NCBI GenBank assembly: GCA_963652365.1
Contig: CAVJTH010000001.1
Coordinates: 62,760 to 126,759 of the forward strand
Length of the DNA stretch: 64,000 nucleotides
From: Senegalimassilia sp.
Lineage (GTDB): Bacteria; Fibrobacterota; Fibrobacteria; Fibrobacterales; Fibrobacteraceae
Reading direction: 5' to 3'
A program made the translations under genes and the position numbers. Position 1 is the stretch's first letter; every line of letters begins with the position of its first letter. Under the pieces are notes generated by a model, which did no database searches, was not told the origin of the DNA, and saw nothing but the letters and a program-made list of their open reading frames with translations. Positions 18,304 to 28,200 of this stretch are shown piece by piece.

Positions 18304-18696
18304 TCAGTCCGACAGCTTGTTCCAGTCGAGGACGCCCTTGCGGTACAGATAGAGGTAGCCGCTTTCGAGAATGGCGAGGAACGCGAGGAGAACAAAGAGC
18401 AGGCTCCACGGGCTAGACAGGAAGACGACCGCTAGCGGATAGAGAAACGCGACTTCGATGTCGAAAACGAGAAAGAGCATGGCGACCATGTAGTATTTGA
18501 TCGGATAGCGTTCGTTGGCGCTTCCCGCGACATGGGCGAGTCCGCATTCGTAGGCGGTTCCCTTGATGAGGGTATGCTTGATCTTTCCCGGGTGCAGAAT
18601 CCAGTTGGCGAAAAGGAGAAGCAGGGGAACAGCGATGGCTAGGATGACGAGGATTGCCAAGGCGTAAGTCGTATCGAAAATCTGGACGTTGCTCAT
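18304..18696 (-). CDS. nuoA: NADH-quinone oxidoreductase subunit A homolog (orphan)
   Basis: Uses internal ATG18696 with SD GGAGG. 130 aa with three TM helices plus the YECG and FDIEVAFLYP motifs. Confidence 0.85.
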   Translation of the reverse strand: MSNVQIFDTTYALAILVILAIAVPLLLLFANWILHPGKIKHTLIKGTAYECGLAHVAGSANERYPIKYYMVAMLFLVFDIEVAFLYPLAVVFLSSPWSLLFVLLAFLAILESGYLYLYRKGVLDWNKLSD

Positions 18697-18712
18697 AATG
18701 CCTCCAAGATAG

Positions 18713-20161
18713 CTATTTCCCGAGAAGTTTTTTCGCTTCGGCCGCCAAAATATCCGTCGGATCCATCTGCGCGACCTGTTCAAGCTCTTCCCGACCCGCC
18801 TGTTCGTCTAGACGGTGCCGCATCCGGAGATCTCCGGCGTAGAAAAGCGCACGCCGCTTGACCTTTTCGTCTTCCTCGACCGAGGCGCCTTTTTCGAAAA
18901 GCCGGACGGCGATTTTCGGGAGCCCCTTTTTCTGGGCTTCGCTCCCCCAGGAAATCCATCGCATTCCCGGAATCGGAAAGAAGAAGTGCGGGTAAAGCAT
19001 CGCTTCGACCGTCTTGTCGATTGTTGCCGTGTCGAGCGGTTTCTCGTGGAAAAGCTTCCCGAACCTTTCTTCGAGAATCTGCGCGGCGTGTTCGTATTCC
19101 GCCTTGTTCGCCAAGTCGATTGCGTCGTCGAGCTCCTTGCGGAGGCCTTTCTTCGGGTCGATGGCCTCGATTTTTTCCGTGTCAATTCCTGGGCTTGCCT
19201 TTTGGCAAAAGAGACGCGGCACCTTGTTGCCTAGCAAGATGCCCAGGCCGAAGAAGGGAACGTCGAGAATGGCGACCAGGCCGTAGAGATTCGGATTCAC
19301 GTTCCAGTTGACGAGGATGTCGGCAAGAACGAGCAGGATTGCCGCATACGGCATGAACTTGGGAATTTCCCGTTTAGGCCCGAACCCCGCGCATCCGAGG
19401 AGCGTGGCAATCGAAAGGCTCATGCCCATGAACGGCGTGCTTCCATAGCGCTCGAAATACGATAGCGAAACCGCCGCCGCAAACACGAAATTGGAAACGA
19501 GCGCCCCTGCGGCGAAGAAAATCCACGACTGCGGAAATCCCCAGCGACGCACAAGAACTTTCATCGAAAGGAGAAATCCCGCGGCAAAAAGCAGAAACGA
19601 GACGCTTCCCGGAAACAGAAGCCAGCTGGTGAAGAGCGAAGCGATTCCGGAACTTTCCGGAATGTATGCCAACCGGTATTTCGGAACGTTTTTGGTGTAA
19701 CCCTGAATGTAGCGCCTGAGCTCTGCCCGGTAAAGCTTTTCGTCGGGAGAAACCTCGTTTGCCGCGTAGGATTTCTTTCCGGCGGTTTCCCACCATTCCC
19801 GAAATTCCCGTTCCATCTTCTCGATGCGCTTTTCCGGCACGAGCGGCTGGTTTGCCGCGTGGAACTTCTTGAGATAGCTTTCGAGCTCTTCCCGGTAAAT
19901 CCTTTCCGTCGGTTCGACGCCGACATCGCGGAACGTCTTGGCGCCTTCCGTTTTCCAGTATTCGTCGAAATGGGCCACCGCCTTTCGTTCGCGGTTCCAT
20001 TCCTGGAAGGATGGGGAACACTGGACGGCAACGTTTATCGCGGCAAGCGCGACGACGAGGAAAACGCAGAGCCAGTATGGCGTCTTGAGAAATTTTGGCC
20101 GGAACACCCAGAAACCTCGATTTACCGAACTTCTCCGCGGTATTCGCGAAGCTGGTTCCAC
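18713..20161 (-). CDS. polytopic membrane protein with tandem ~36-aa repeats and a soluble C-terminal domain
   Basis: 482 aa. An alternative GTG start at 20107 lies 15 nt after the kinase stop. It has an N-terminal TM helix, two FxEWWxTxG...YRxEL repeats, about six TM helices and a helical C-terminus. Confidence 0.6.
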   Translation of the reverse strand: MEPASRIPRRSSVNRGFWVFRPKFLKTPYWLCVFLVVALAAINVAVQCSPSFQEWNRERKAVAHFDEYWKTEGAKTFRDVGVEPTERIYREELESYLKKFHAANQPLVPEKRIEKMEREFREWWETAGKKSYAANEVSPDEKLYRAELRRYIQGYTKNVPKYRLAYIPESSGIASLFTSWLLFPGSVSFLLFAAGFLLSMKVLVRRWGFPQSWIFFAAGALVSNFVFAAAVSLSYFERYGSTPFMGMSLSIATLLGCAGFGPKREIPKFMPYAAILLVLADILVNWNVNPNLYGLVAILDVPFFGLGILLGNKVPRLFCQKASPGIDTEKIEAIDPKKGLRKELDDAIDLANKAEYEHAAQILEERFGKLFHEKPLDTATIDKTVEAMLYPHFFFPIPGMRWISWGSEAQKKGLPKIAVRLFEKGASVEEDEKVKRRALFYAGDLRMRHRLDEQAGREELEQVAQMDPTDILAAEAKKLLGK

Positions 20162-21228
20162 AGAAAGTCCGTGTTGACGTCGTGATAGCCTAGCGCGTTG
20201 ACCCGTTCGCGCAGCTTGTGCGCGATGTTGAACAGGTTCTCGCTCTTCTGCATCCGCTCGATGCTGTCAAATGTGGTCAGCTGGTCGATCCAGTCGTGAA
20301 TTTCCGGGAAGCGGTCGTCGTAAAAGACGTTCTGCCGTCCGGTCCGCAGATATTCCAGGTAGCGTTCCGTGATGTGGAAGCGGTCTTCGGTAAAGATCCT
20401 GATGGTATCCGGGAACGGGTTCTTTCCCGTGAGATACTCGTGCATGATGATGCCGAAGCTGAAATAATCGACGGAACTCGAAAGGTTCTCGCCCATGACG
20501 GCCTGTTCCGGTGCGCTATAGGCCGGGGTCATCTGCCCGCCGTATTCGGTAACGCTTTCCCGAAGCTTCGCCTGGGCGTAGCCGAAGTCGCAGACCAGGA
20601 TCTTGTGGTTGTTGATGTGCGTCGGATCCTGGCAGAGGAGAAGGTTTTTCGGCTTCAGATCCTTGTGGACAATCTGGTAGTAATGAAGCTGGCTTATCGT
20701 ATTGGCGAGGTAGGCGATTTGCGCGACGCGCGGAACGAGTTCGTCCCTTGAAATGTCCGTCTTGAACATCTTGTCGAGCGAGCATCCCTTGATGAGTTCC
20801 ATCTTGAGATAGGGCAGTCTTCCGGCGATGCCGCCGCCGAGGCTCTGGACGACGCCTTCGATGTTTGTCGCCCGAATCAGGTTGTTTATCCGGATTTCGT
20901 CCTCGAACGAACTGATGATCATGTTCAGACGGTGAAGCCGGTTCTTTCCGGGCGGCACGTAATACTTGCAGAACTTGACGACAATGTCGCGCTCGCCGTG
21001 GCGTTCGCCGTCTCCCGGTCGAGCGATCCAGTAGGCGGCCCGGAACAGGTCGTTTGTCCCGTCGAGCGTCAGACGGTCGCGCAGCTGGATCCGTTCGACT
21101 GCGCCGCTGTGCAGGCAGACGGGATTGTTGTCGAGCCAGCATTGGTAATCTTTCATCGTGTAATGCTCGCGCATGGCGAGATTTCGCGACTGCCTGTCCA
21201 GAAATTCTGCAAAACGGTTTTGAATCAC
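20122..21228 (-). CDS. Ser/Thr protein kinase (atypical N-lobe)
   Basis: Catalytic loop HKDLKPKNLLL, DFGYA and SAPE motifs are present. GTG start. No canonical GxGxxG loop was seen. Confidence 0.85.
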   Translation of the reverse strand: MIQNRFAEFLDRQSRNLAMREHYTMKDYQCWLDNNPVCLHSGAVERIQLRDRLTLDGTNDLFRAAYWIARPGDGERHGERDIVVKFCKYYVPPGKNRLHRLNMIISSFEDEIRINNLIRATNIEGVVQSLGGGIAGRLPYLKMELIKGCSLDKMFKTDISRDELVPRVAQIAYLANTISQLHYYQIVHKDLKPKNLLLCQDPTHINNHKILVCDFGYAQAKLRESVTEYGGQMTPAYSAPEQAVMGENLSSSVDYFSFGIIMHEYLTGKNPFPDTIRIFTEDRFHITERYLEYLRTGRQNVFYDDRFPEIHDWIDQLTTFDSIERMQKSENLFNIAHKLRERVNALGYHDVNTDFLWNQLREYRGEVR

Positions 21229-21241
21229 GACCGCAATTTAG

Positions 21242-22069
21242 CTATTTGTGGGAGCCGAAAGCGTGCACGCCTGTCGCCGAGGGAACTTTCTCCCGCTTTT
21301 CCAGGATTTTCGTCACGTAGGAATAGGCGTCGTCGATGTCGCTTGTCGGATGGAAAATCTTCAGGTCGTTCCTGTCGATCATTCCCGTTTCGACGAGAAA
21401 TTCCCAGTTGACGAGACGGTTCCAGTATTCTTCGCCAAACAGGACGACCGGAATCTGCTCGTGGAGCTTGTTCGTCTGGATAAGCGTGAGCGTTTCGAAC
21501 AGTTCGTCGAGCGTCCCGAATCCGCCGGGAAAGGCTATCAGGGCGCGGGCCTTGAACAGAAACCAGAACTTTCGGATGAAGAAGTAGCGGAACTGCAGGT
21601 TGAAGCGCGAATCGATATAGGGATTCGGGTGCTGTTCGTAGGGCAGCTTGATGTTGAAGCCCAGGGAGGGGACCTTGGACTCGTGCGCGCCCCGGTTCCC
21701 CGCTTCCATGATTCCCGGCCCGCCGCCCGTGCAGATGCCGTAATGGCCTTTCGGATGCTTCTCGATCCATGTGCCAAAACGCCTGGCGAGCTCCCTTGCC
21801 GCGTCATAGTATTCGGCGACGAGAGAGAGCTTCTTGTATGTCTGGAGCTCTTTCGGGGACTTGGCTTCCCGGATGCGCTTCGTCAGCTCCCTTGTCCCGA
21901 TGGTCCTTGCGGAGCCGAACATGACGATCGTGTTTTCGATGCCGCCTTCCTGCAAGACGACTCCCGGGGCGCGGAATTCCGAAAGGATACGCACTTGACG
22001 CCCCGCGTCACTTTCGAGAAACTGCTGATTCTGGTATGCGAGAACGGTTTCTTGCCTTTTGATTGCCAT
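21242..22069 (-). CDS. LOG-family (TIGR00730) nucleotide phosphoribohydrolase-like protein
   Basis: Uses internal ATG22069 of ORF 21242..23143. Carries the motifs GGGPGIMEAGNRGA and PGGFGTLDELFE. Confidence 0.85.
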   Translation of the reverse strand: MAIKRQETVLAYQNQQFLESDAGRQVRILSEFRAPGVVLQEGGIENTIVMFGSARTIGTRELTKRIREAKSPKELQTYKKLSLVAEYYDAARELARRFGTWIEKHPKGHYGICTGGGPGIMEAGNRGAHESKVPSLGFNIKLPYEQHPNPYIDSRFNLQFRYFFIRKFWFLFKARALIAFPGGFGTLDELFETLTLIQTNKLHEQIPVVLFGEEYWNRLVNWEFLVETGMIDRNDLKIFHPTSDIDDAYSYVTKILEKREKVPSATGVHAFGSHK

Positions 22070-22228
22070 AAGAGATCCTTGGTTGATTACCGTTCCAAAA
22101 TACACCAAAAAATAGAGTTTGGAACAAAATTTTTGACAGGATGTTTTTTTACATTGCCGAGAGGTCGGACCAGGCAAATCTCCTCGTGCGGAATTTGTCG
22201 GCGAAATCTTTTCTTCGGGACTTGCCCT

Positions 22229-23323
22229 ATGGTATTTCTGCTTCTTCTCGTCGCATTCACGCTCTACCTCTTCTTCCATTTTCGCAGCGTTCTTTCCGGC
22301 GTACGCGGAACGTTTCTTGCCGCATCGATTTTCGTCGTCTTTTTTTGCGGGTTCTTCTTGCGCGAGCATTTCGCGGGAACGCTTCTCGAAGCGATTTTCA
22401 CGGTGTGGTTTTGCGAAGCGGCTCTTCTGTTTCTCGCCTGGGACTTCGCTCGCCTGGTTCGTCGGCTGATCGTTCGGAAACCCCTGGACGCAAAGATTCG
22501 CCTTCGCGGAAACCGGGTCGTTTTCGGTCTTGGGATCTTGCTGTCGGCGATATTCTTCGCGTTCGGCGTACCGGCGAACAACCGTTACCAGGTCAGGGAG
22601 CTTGTGGTCGGAATTCCGGAAACCGCGGAGCCTTTCTCGGCGGTCTTCCTTAGCGACTTGCACATCGATCCGCTTTTTCATCGCCAGAAACTGGAACGCC
22701 TCGTCGCGGAGATTGACAGCATCGGTCCGGATCTTGTACTGTTCGGCGGCGATCTCGCAGACATAAAGGACTCGGCGCTTCGGGCGGAAGGCTACGATTC
22801 GCTCTTTCGGCGCGTGGTCGAAAAGGCTCGGGTCGGCGCGTTTGGAATCAACGGAAACCACGAAGGATTTATGGAGCGCGCCGGTTCGGATCCCGAACGG
22901 TGGATGCGCGAAAACGGCATGATCGTCTTGGACGATTCGACTGTTTGCCTCCAAGCGGTCTGCCTTTCCGGACGAACGGATTTTGCCGTGGCCAGGGAAC
23001 GCGGCACGGAACGGGCTCCGCTCGAACGGCTTCTTCCCGGCGACACGGCTCTGCCCTGGATCTTGATGGATCACCAGCCTAGGGGAATCGAGGCGGATTA
23101 TGCGGGGCGACTTCCGAATCTCGTGCTTTCCGGACATACGCACGATGGACAGTTTTTCCCGGCGACGCTGTTCATCGGGCTTTTTTGGCGTCTGTCGGCG
23201 GGCTTTGGAAGCCTGGACGGCGTTCCGTGGCTGGTTTCGAGCGGCATCGATTCCTGGGGGCCGCCTGTTCGTGTCGGGAGCGAAACGGAAATCTGGGTGA
23301 TGCGCTTTGAACCGTCGCCGTAG
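22229..23323 (+). CDS. membrane-anchored metallophosphoesterase
   Basis: Uses internal ATG22229 of ORF 21248..23323. It has N-terminal TM helices followed by the calcineurin-like motifs LSDLHID, GGDLAD, GNHEG and SGHTHDGQ. Confidence 0.8.
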   Translation: MVFLLLLVAFTLYLFFHFRSVLSGVRGTFLAASIFVVFFCGFFLREHFAGTLLEAIFTVWFCEAALLFLAWDFARLVRRLIVRKPLDAKIRLRGNRVVFGLGILLSAIFFAFGVPANNRYQVRELVVGIPETAEPFSAVFLSDLHIDPLFHRQKLERLVAEIDSIGPDLVLFGGDLADIKDSALRAEGYDSLFRRVVEKARVGAFGINGNHEGFMERAGSDPERWMRENGMIVLDDSTVCLQAVCLSGRTDFAVARERGTERAPLERLLPGDTALPWILMDHQPRGIEADYAGRLPNLVLSGHTHDGQFFPATLFIGLFWRLSAGFGSLDGVPWLVSSGIDSWGPPVRVGSETEIWVMRFEPSP

Positions 23324-23489
23324 CTTGGTCGAGCGTGAAGAGTGGAGGGTGGAGTTCCGCGGACGTCTAGGCTTTAACGCAGAGCTTAGAACTTAGATCT
23401 TAGAGCTGAGATTCGCAGACGTCTAGGCTCTAGCATGAGATGTTCGCTGAGATCTCCAAGCTCTAAGCTCTCCTAACCAAGCTCTGAAC
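23320..23489 (+). repeat. stop-codon-adjacent repeat element, copy 2
   Basis: Begins at the TAG stop of the phosphoesterase gene (tAGCTTGGTCGAGCGTGAAG...). It aligns to the reverse complement of 2683..2900. Confidence 0.8.
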
Positions 23490-23545
23490 CAAGTTCTGAC
23501 CGGAACAGTCAACCGGATTCCTCACGAATTGATTATATTTTAAAT

Positions 23546-23758
23546 ATGCTAGTAAAAATCTGGACCGATACGTTTATCATCACGGGTGAAATCGACACGA
23601 TGCGTGACGAACGCCTCACCGACTATGTTCGCGAAAACAAGGAGTTCATCGCGGTGACGCAGGTGAATGTCGCGGACCGCGAAGGAAAGGACCTTTTCCG
23701 GACGCATTTCCTGAACGTCAGTACGAGCCATATCGAAATCATCTTGCCTGCAGAGTGA
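23546..23758 (+). CDS. hypothetical protein (70 aa)
   Basis: Clean ORF (MLVKIWTDTFIITGEIDTMRDERLTDYV...). TATATT lies 6 nt upstream of the ATG and there is no SD. No family was recognised. Confidence 0.5.
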   Translation: MLVKIWTDTFIITGEIDTMRDERLTDYVRENKEFIAVTQVNVADREGKDLFRTHFLNVSTSHIEIILPAE

Positions 23759-23766
23759 CGTACGCT

Positions 23767-24189
23767 TTATGGGTCGGTCGTCTCGTCCCCGAAGAACGTT
23801 TTCATGACGGCTTCCGGCGCATGGCGGCAAGGCTTGTCGTGAAAGGTGAAAATGTGCGTCGTTCGACCGGTCGTCCGAAGCTCCCCGCCGACGGTCAGCC
23901 TGTATTCAAAGCAAAATCGCAGCCGGTCGATCTGCGTGAGATGCAGGTGGATATCGGCGGTCTCGCCGTAGCGGCATGGCTTTAGAAATTGCACTTCGAG
24001 CGACAGCAGCGGGCTGTGGTAGCCTTCCGCTTCAAAGAGGGAAAAGGGAATCCCGTTCGCCTTGAAGATTTCGGAGCGGGCCTGTTCGAACCAGATGGCA
24101 TAGACGGAGTGGTGGACGATTCCCATCGCGTCGGTTTCCGCATAGCGAACGTCGATGTGGGCTGTATATTCAATGGGGCTTGTTTTCAT
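23767..24189 (-). CDS. acyl-CoA thioesterase, 4HBT/YbgC-like hotdog fold
   Basis: Uses internal ATG24189. VRYAETDAMGIVHHSVYAIWFEQARSE is the YbgC/4HBT N-terminal catalytic block. Confidence 0.85.
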   Translation of the reverse strand: MKTSPIEYTAHIDVRYAETDAMGIVHHSVYAIWFEQARSEIFKANGIPFSLFEAEGYHSPLLSLEVQFLKPCRYGETADIHLHLTQIDRLRFCFEYRLTVGGELRTTGRTTHIFTFHDKPCRHAPEAVMKTFFGDETTDP

Positions 24190-24437
24190 GGATATCCGAG
24201 AAATGGGGTGATGTCGTCGTTTTGTCTTTTTCGTTGCCGCGAGGCGCACCGGTTAGATAGTCCGAGCCGTGCCTTCCTGGCATGCTTCATCGCGAAAAAT
24301 TTAAAAAGATGAAGGCGAAAAGGGATGGAATTTGGGCGAATTTGAACTACCTGAAACGAATCTTCGCTATATAAACAATCTATTCACATAAAAGTTTGGG
24401 GAAAACGAAAAATTTCCGCAAAAGATTCTTTTTGTCC

Positions 24438-24468
24438 TTGACAAAATTTTAAAATCCATCTAGATTTG
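24438..24468 (+). promoter_or_regulatory. candidate promoter of the tRNA-tuf operon
   Basis: TTGACA (24438-43), 17 nt, then TAGATTTG (24461-68). An A/T-rich tract lies upstream. It sits about 48 nt before the first tRNA. Confidence 0.5.
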
Positions 24469-24515
24469 GCAAAACTTCTAGCTTGGCTTTTTATGAGCCA
24501 GGCAGGGAGTTGCAT

Positions 24516-24588
24516 GCCAAAGTAGCTCAGCTGGTAGAGCAGCTGATTTGTAATCAGCCGGTCGTAGGTTCGATTCCTATCTTTGGCT
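24516..24588 (+). tRNA. tRNA-Thr (anticodon TGT)
   Basis: Hand-folded cloverleaf: acceptor GCCAAAG/CTTTGGC, D stem GCTC/GAGC, anticodon stem GCTGA/TCAGC with loop TTTGTAA, T loop TTCGATT. Confidence 0.9.
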
Positions 24589-24596
24589 TGAAAAAA

Positions 24597-24679
24597 GGGT
24601 CGTTGCCCGAGTGGTTAAAGGGGACGGACTGTAAATCCGTTGACTTACGTCTACCGTGGTTCGAAACCACGACGGCCCA
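24597..24679 (+). tRNA. tRNA-Tyr (anticodon GTA)
   Basis: Acceptor GGGTCGT/ACGGCCC, anticodon loop CTGTAAA, a long variable arm and T arm CGTGG-TTCGAAA-CCACG. Confidence 0.9.
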
Positions 24680-24690
24680 CGCTTCATTAG

Positions 24691-24718
24691 CCCCCTCGTT
24701 ACGAATGTAACGAGGGGG
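24691..24718 (+). other. perfect 12-bp hairpin in the tRNA-Tyr/tRNA-Thr spacer
   Basis: ccccctcgttac-gaat-gtaacgaggggg. No U-tract follows. Confidence 0.6.
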
Positions 24719-24722
24719 TAAT

Positions 24723-24794
<72 letters not shown>

Positions 24795-24819
24795 CTTAAC
24801 AATTCGGAGGTTAAGTTTT

Positions 24820-26013
<1,194 letters not shown>

Positions 26014-26016
<3 letters not shown>

Positions 26017-26166
26017 CCAAGAGAACTCATTACGCTCGAATGCACTGTTTGCCATCAGCGTAACTATGATTGCGACAAGAACAAGCGTCTTCATCCTTCC
26101 CGTGTGGAGTACAAGAAGTACTGCCCGTTCTGCCGCAAGCATACAGTTCATAAGGAAACCAAGTAA
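26014..26166 (+). CDS. rpmG: 50S ribosomal protein L33
   Basis: Not in the ORF track (50 aa). Reads [50 protein letters not shown]. Carries the Cys4 L33 pattern. Confidence 0.9.
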
Positions 26167-26177
26167 GGAAGGCTTTT

Positions 26178-26250
26178 AGGTCGGTAGCTCAATTGGTAGA
26201 GTCACGGTCTCCAAAACCGTTGGTTGGGGGTTCGAGTCCCTCCCGACCTG
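26178..26250 (+). tRNA. tRNA-Trp (anticodon CCA)
   Basis: Acceptor AGGTCGG/CCGACCT, anticodon stem ACGGT/ACCGT with loop CTCCAAA, T arm GGGGG-TTCGAGT-CCCTC. Confidence 0.9.
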
Positions 26251-26274
26251 CTTCCTTCCTTTCGGAGTCATGAT

Positions 26275-26463
26275 ATGCAAAAGATTCAGCAATACATCAA
26301 AGAAGTTATCCAAGAGATGAAAAAGGTTACATGGCCGACTCTTGAAGAGCTGAAAGGTTCTACTTTGGTTGTGATGATTTTTAGCGTTATCATGGGTATC
26401 TATATTGCTGCGATTGATTTGGGACTTTCCTTTCTCGTCGATAAACTGTTAGGACGTGGGTAA
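26275..26463 (+). CDS. secE: preprotein translocase subunit SecE
   Basis: Uses internal ATG26275. 62 aa with KKVTWPT followed by a single TM helix. Located immediately upstream of nusG. Confidence 0.85.
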   Translation: MQKIQQYIKEVIQEMKKVTWPTLEELKGSTLVVMIFSVIMGIYIAAIDLGLSFLVDKLLGRG

Positions 26464-26466
26464 ATC

Positions 26467-27012
26467 ATGGCGATGTTATGGTATGCAGTCCATACGTTTT
26501 CCGGCCAGGAAAGCACAATTAAGAAAAATTTGGAAATGTTGATTGAGCGCGAAGGCGTTCAAGACAAGTTCGGACGCATTCTCATTCCGGAGAAGGCTGT
26601 CCAGGTCAATGTCCGAGGAAAGCGCAAGACGGTTGTCCAGAAGCTTTTCCCGGCTTACTTGATTATTGAAATGGAGCTGGACGAGCTCACCCAGCACCTG
26701 GTAACGTCCATTCAGGGCGTTACCCATTTTGGAGGAACCAGTCGCCAGAACAAGGCGCCGATTCCTCTGCGTCAGAGCGAGGTCGATAGACTGCTTGGCG
26801 TCGAATCTCAAGACGCTTCGCAGGATGTGATCCAGAATCCGTATATTGTCGGGGACAGTGTTTCCATCAAGGATGGTCCTTTCAAGGGCTTTATCGGTTC
26901 GGTCGAGGAAATTATCACGGAGAAGAACAAGCTTCGCGTGATGGTTTCCGTCTTTGGCCGTTCCACGCCTGTCGAATTGGGCTTTAACCAGGTGGAAGCC
27001 GCTTCCGTATAA
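26467..27012 (+). CDS. nusG: transcription termination/antitermination factor NusG
   Basis: 181 aa with an NGN domain (WYAVHTFSGQE) and a KOW motif (GDSVSIKDGPFKGFIGSVEEI). Confidence 0.95.
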   Translation: MAMLWYAVHTFSGQESTIKKNLEMLIEREGVQDKFGRILIPEKAVQVNVRGKRKTVVQKLFPAYLIIEMELDELTQHLVTSIQGVTHFGGTSRQNKAPIPLRQSEVDRLLGVESQDASQDVIQNPYIVGDSVSIKDGPFKGFIGSVEEIITEKNKLRVMVSVFGRSTPVELGFNQVEAASV

Positions 27013-27039
27013 TGTCCGGTTCTGAAATGGAGAAATAAC

Positions 27040-27465
27040 GTGGCTAAGAAAATCACAGGTTTTATTAAGCTTCAGATCCCCGGCGGTGCCGCAAATCCGT
27101 CTCCTCCGGTGGGTCCTGCCCTGGGTCAGAAGGGTGTGAACATCATGCAGTTCTGCAAGGCGTTCAATGCCCAGACCCAGAACGAAAAGGGAATGATCAT
27201 CCCCGTGGTCATTACGGTCTATGCCGACAAGAGCTTCACTTTCATTACGAAAGTGCCGCCTGTCGCGGTCCTCGTCAAGAAGGCTGCCGGCATTGAAACC
27301 GCCTCGGGCGAACCAAACCGTAAAAAGGTCGGCAAGATCACCAAGGCTCAGGTCAAGGAAATCGCTACACAGAAGATGCCGGACCTGAATACAATCGACA
27401 TCGAAGCCGCAATGCGCATGGTTGCGGGCACGGCACGCTCGATGGGCGTGGATGTAGTCGACTAA
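27040..27465 (+). CDS. rplK: 50S ribosomal protein L11
   Basis: GTG start. [42 protein letters not shown]. Confidence 0.95.
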   Translation: MAKKITGFIKLQIPGGAANPSPPVGPALGQKGVNIMQFCKAFNAQTQNEKGMIIPVVITVYADKSFTFITKVPPVAVLVKKAAGIETASGEPNRKKVGKITKAQVKEIATQKMPDLNTIDIEAAMRMVAGTARSMGVDVVD

Positions 27466-27503
27466 TCAGGCAGACCTTAACCCTATTTCTGACAGGAAAC
27501 ACC

Positions 27504-28190
27504 ATGTTCAGAGGAAAAAAGTATAAGAAAGTGGCTGAATCCTTTGATCGGACCCAAGCGTTCGCTCTGGAACAGGCACTTGAAATTCTTAAAAAATCCG
27601 AGGTTAAGTTCGACCAGACTGTCGAGCTGCATTTCAACCTCGGTGTCGATCCCAAAAACTCCGATCAAGCTGTTCGTGGCACGGTGGTGCTGCCGAATGG
27701 TACCGGCCGTCAGGTTCGCGTTCTCGTTTTCTGCAAGGACAACAATTTCCAGGCAGCGAAGGATGCGGGAGCCGATTACGTCGGTGGCGCAGACTTGGTC
27801 CAGAAAATTCAGGAAGGCTGGCTCGATTTCGATGCCGTCGTCGCGACTCCCGACATGATGCCGGTGATTAGCAAGGTGGCTCGCGTGCTCGGTCCTCGTG
27901 GCTTGATGCCGAGCCCGAAATCCGGAACGGTGACGATCAATGTCGCCCAGACCGTGAAGGAACTCAAGGCCGGTAAAATCCAGTATCGTGTCGATAAGGG
28001 CGCAAATATCCACGCTCCGATCGGCAAGCTCTCGTTCTCGGAAACCCAGCTTGTCGAAAACGCGAAGGCTGTGATTGATTCCGTCATCAAGAACAAGCCG
28101 CAAACTTCCAAGGGCACTTACATCAAGTCCCTGTTCATTACGGCTACCATGACTCCGAGCCTCAAGCTCGACATGAGCCTTACACGATAG
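27504..28190 (+). CDS. rplA: 50S ribosomal protein L1
   Basis: 228 aa. [33 protein letters not shown]. Confidence 0.95.
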   Translation: MFRGKKYKKVAESFDRTQAFALEQALEILKKSEVKFDQTVELHFNLGVDPKNSDQAVRGTVVLPNGTGRQVRVLVFCKDNNFQAAKDAGADYVGGADLVQKIQEGWLDFDAVVATPDMMPVISKVARVLGPRGLMPSPKSGTVTINVAQTVKELKAGKIQYRVDKGANIHAPIGKLSFSETQLVENAKAVIDSVIKNKPQTSKGTYIKSLFITATMTPSLKLDMSLTR

Positions 28191-28200
28191 GAGTTGAACA

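Noticed and set aside
21242-23323. The full-length 633-aa (minus) and 691-aa (plus) ORFs that overlap each other almost completely
   Set aside because: Only the C-terminal 275 aa of the minus ORF (LOG family, ATG22069) and the C-terminal 364 aa of the plus ORF (phosphoesterase, ATG22229) have recognisable motifs. The N-terminal extensions are antisense read-through of the other gene.
2683-23489. The inverted repeats as ends of a 20.6-kb composite transposon or programmed invertible segment
   Set aside because: There is no transposase, integrase or invertase inside. The content is ordinary chromosomal genes of normal composition. Each repeat copy sits in the same orientation relative to the stop codon of its adjacent gene, which a 3'-end-associated repeat family explains more simply. 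Homologous recombination between the copies could still invert the segment, but nothing in the sequence shows this.
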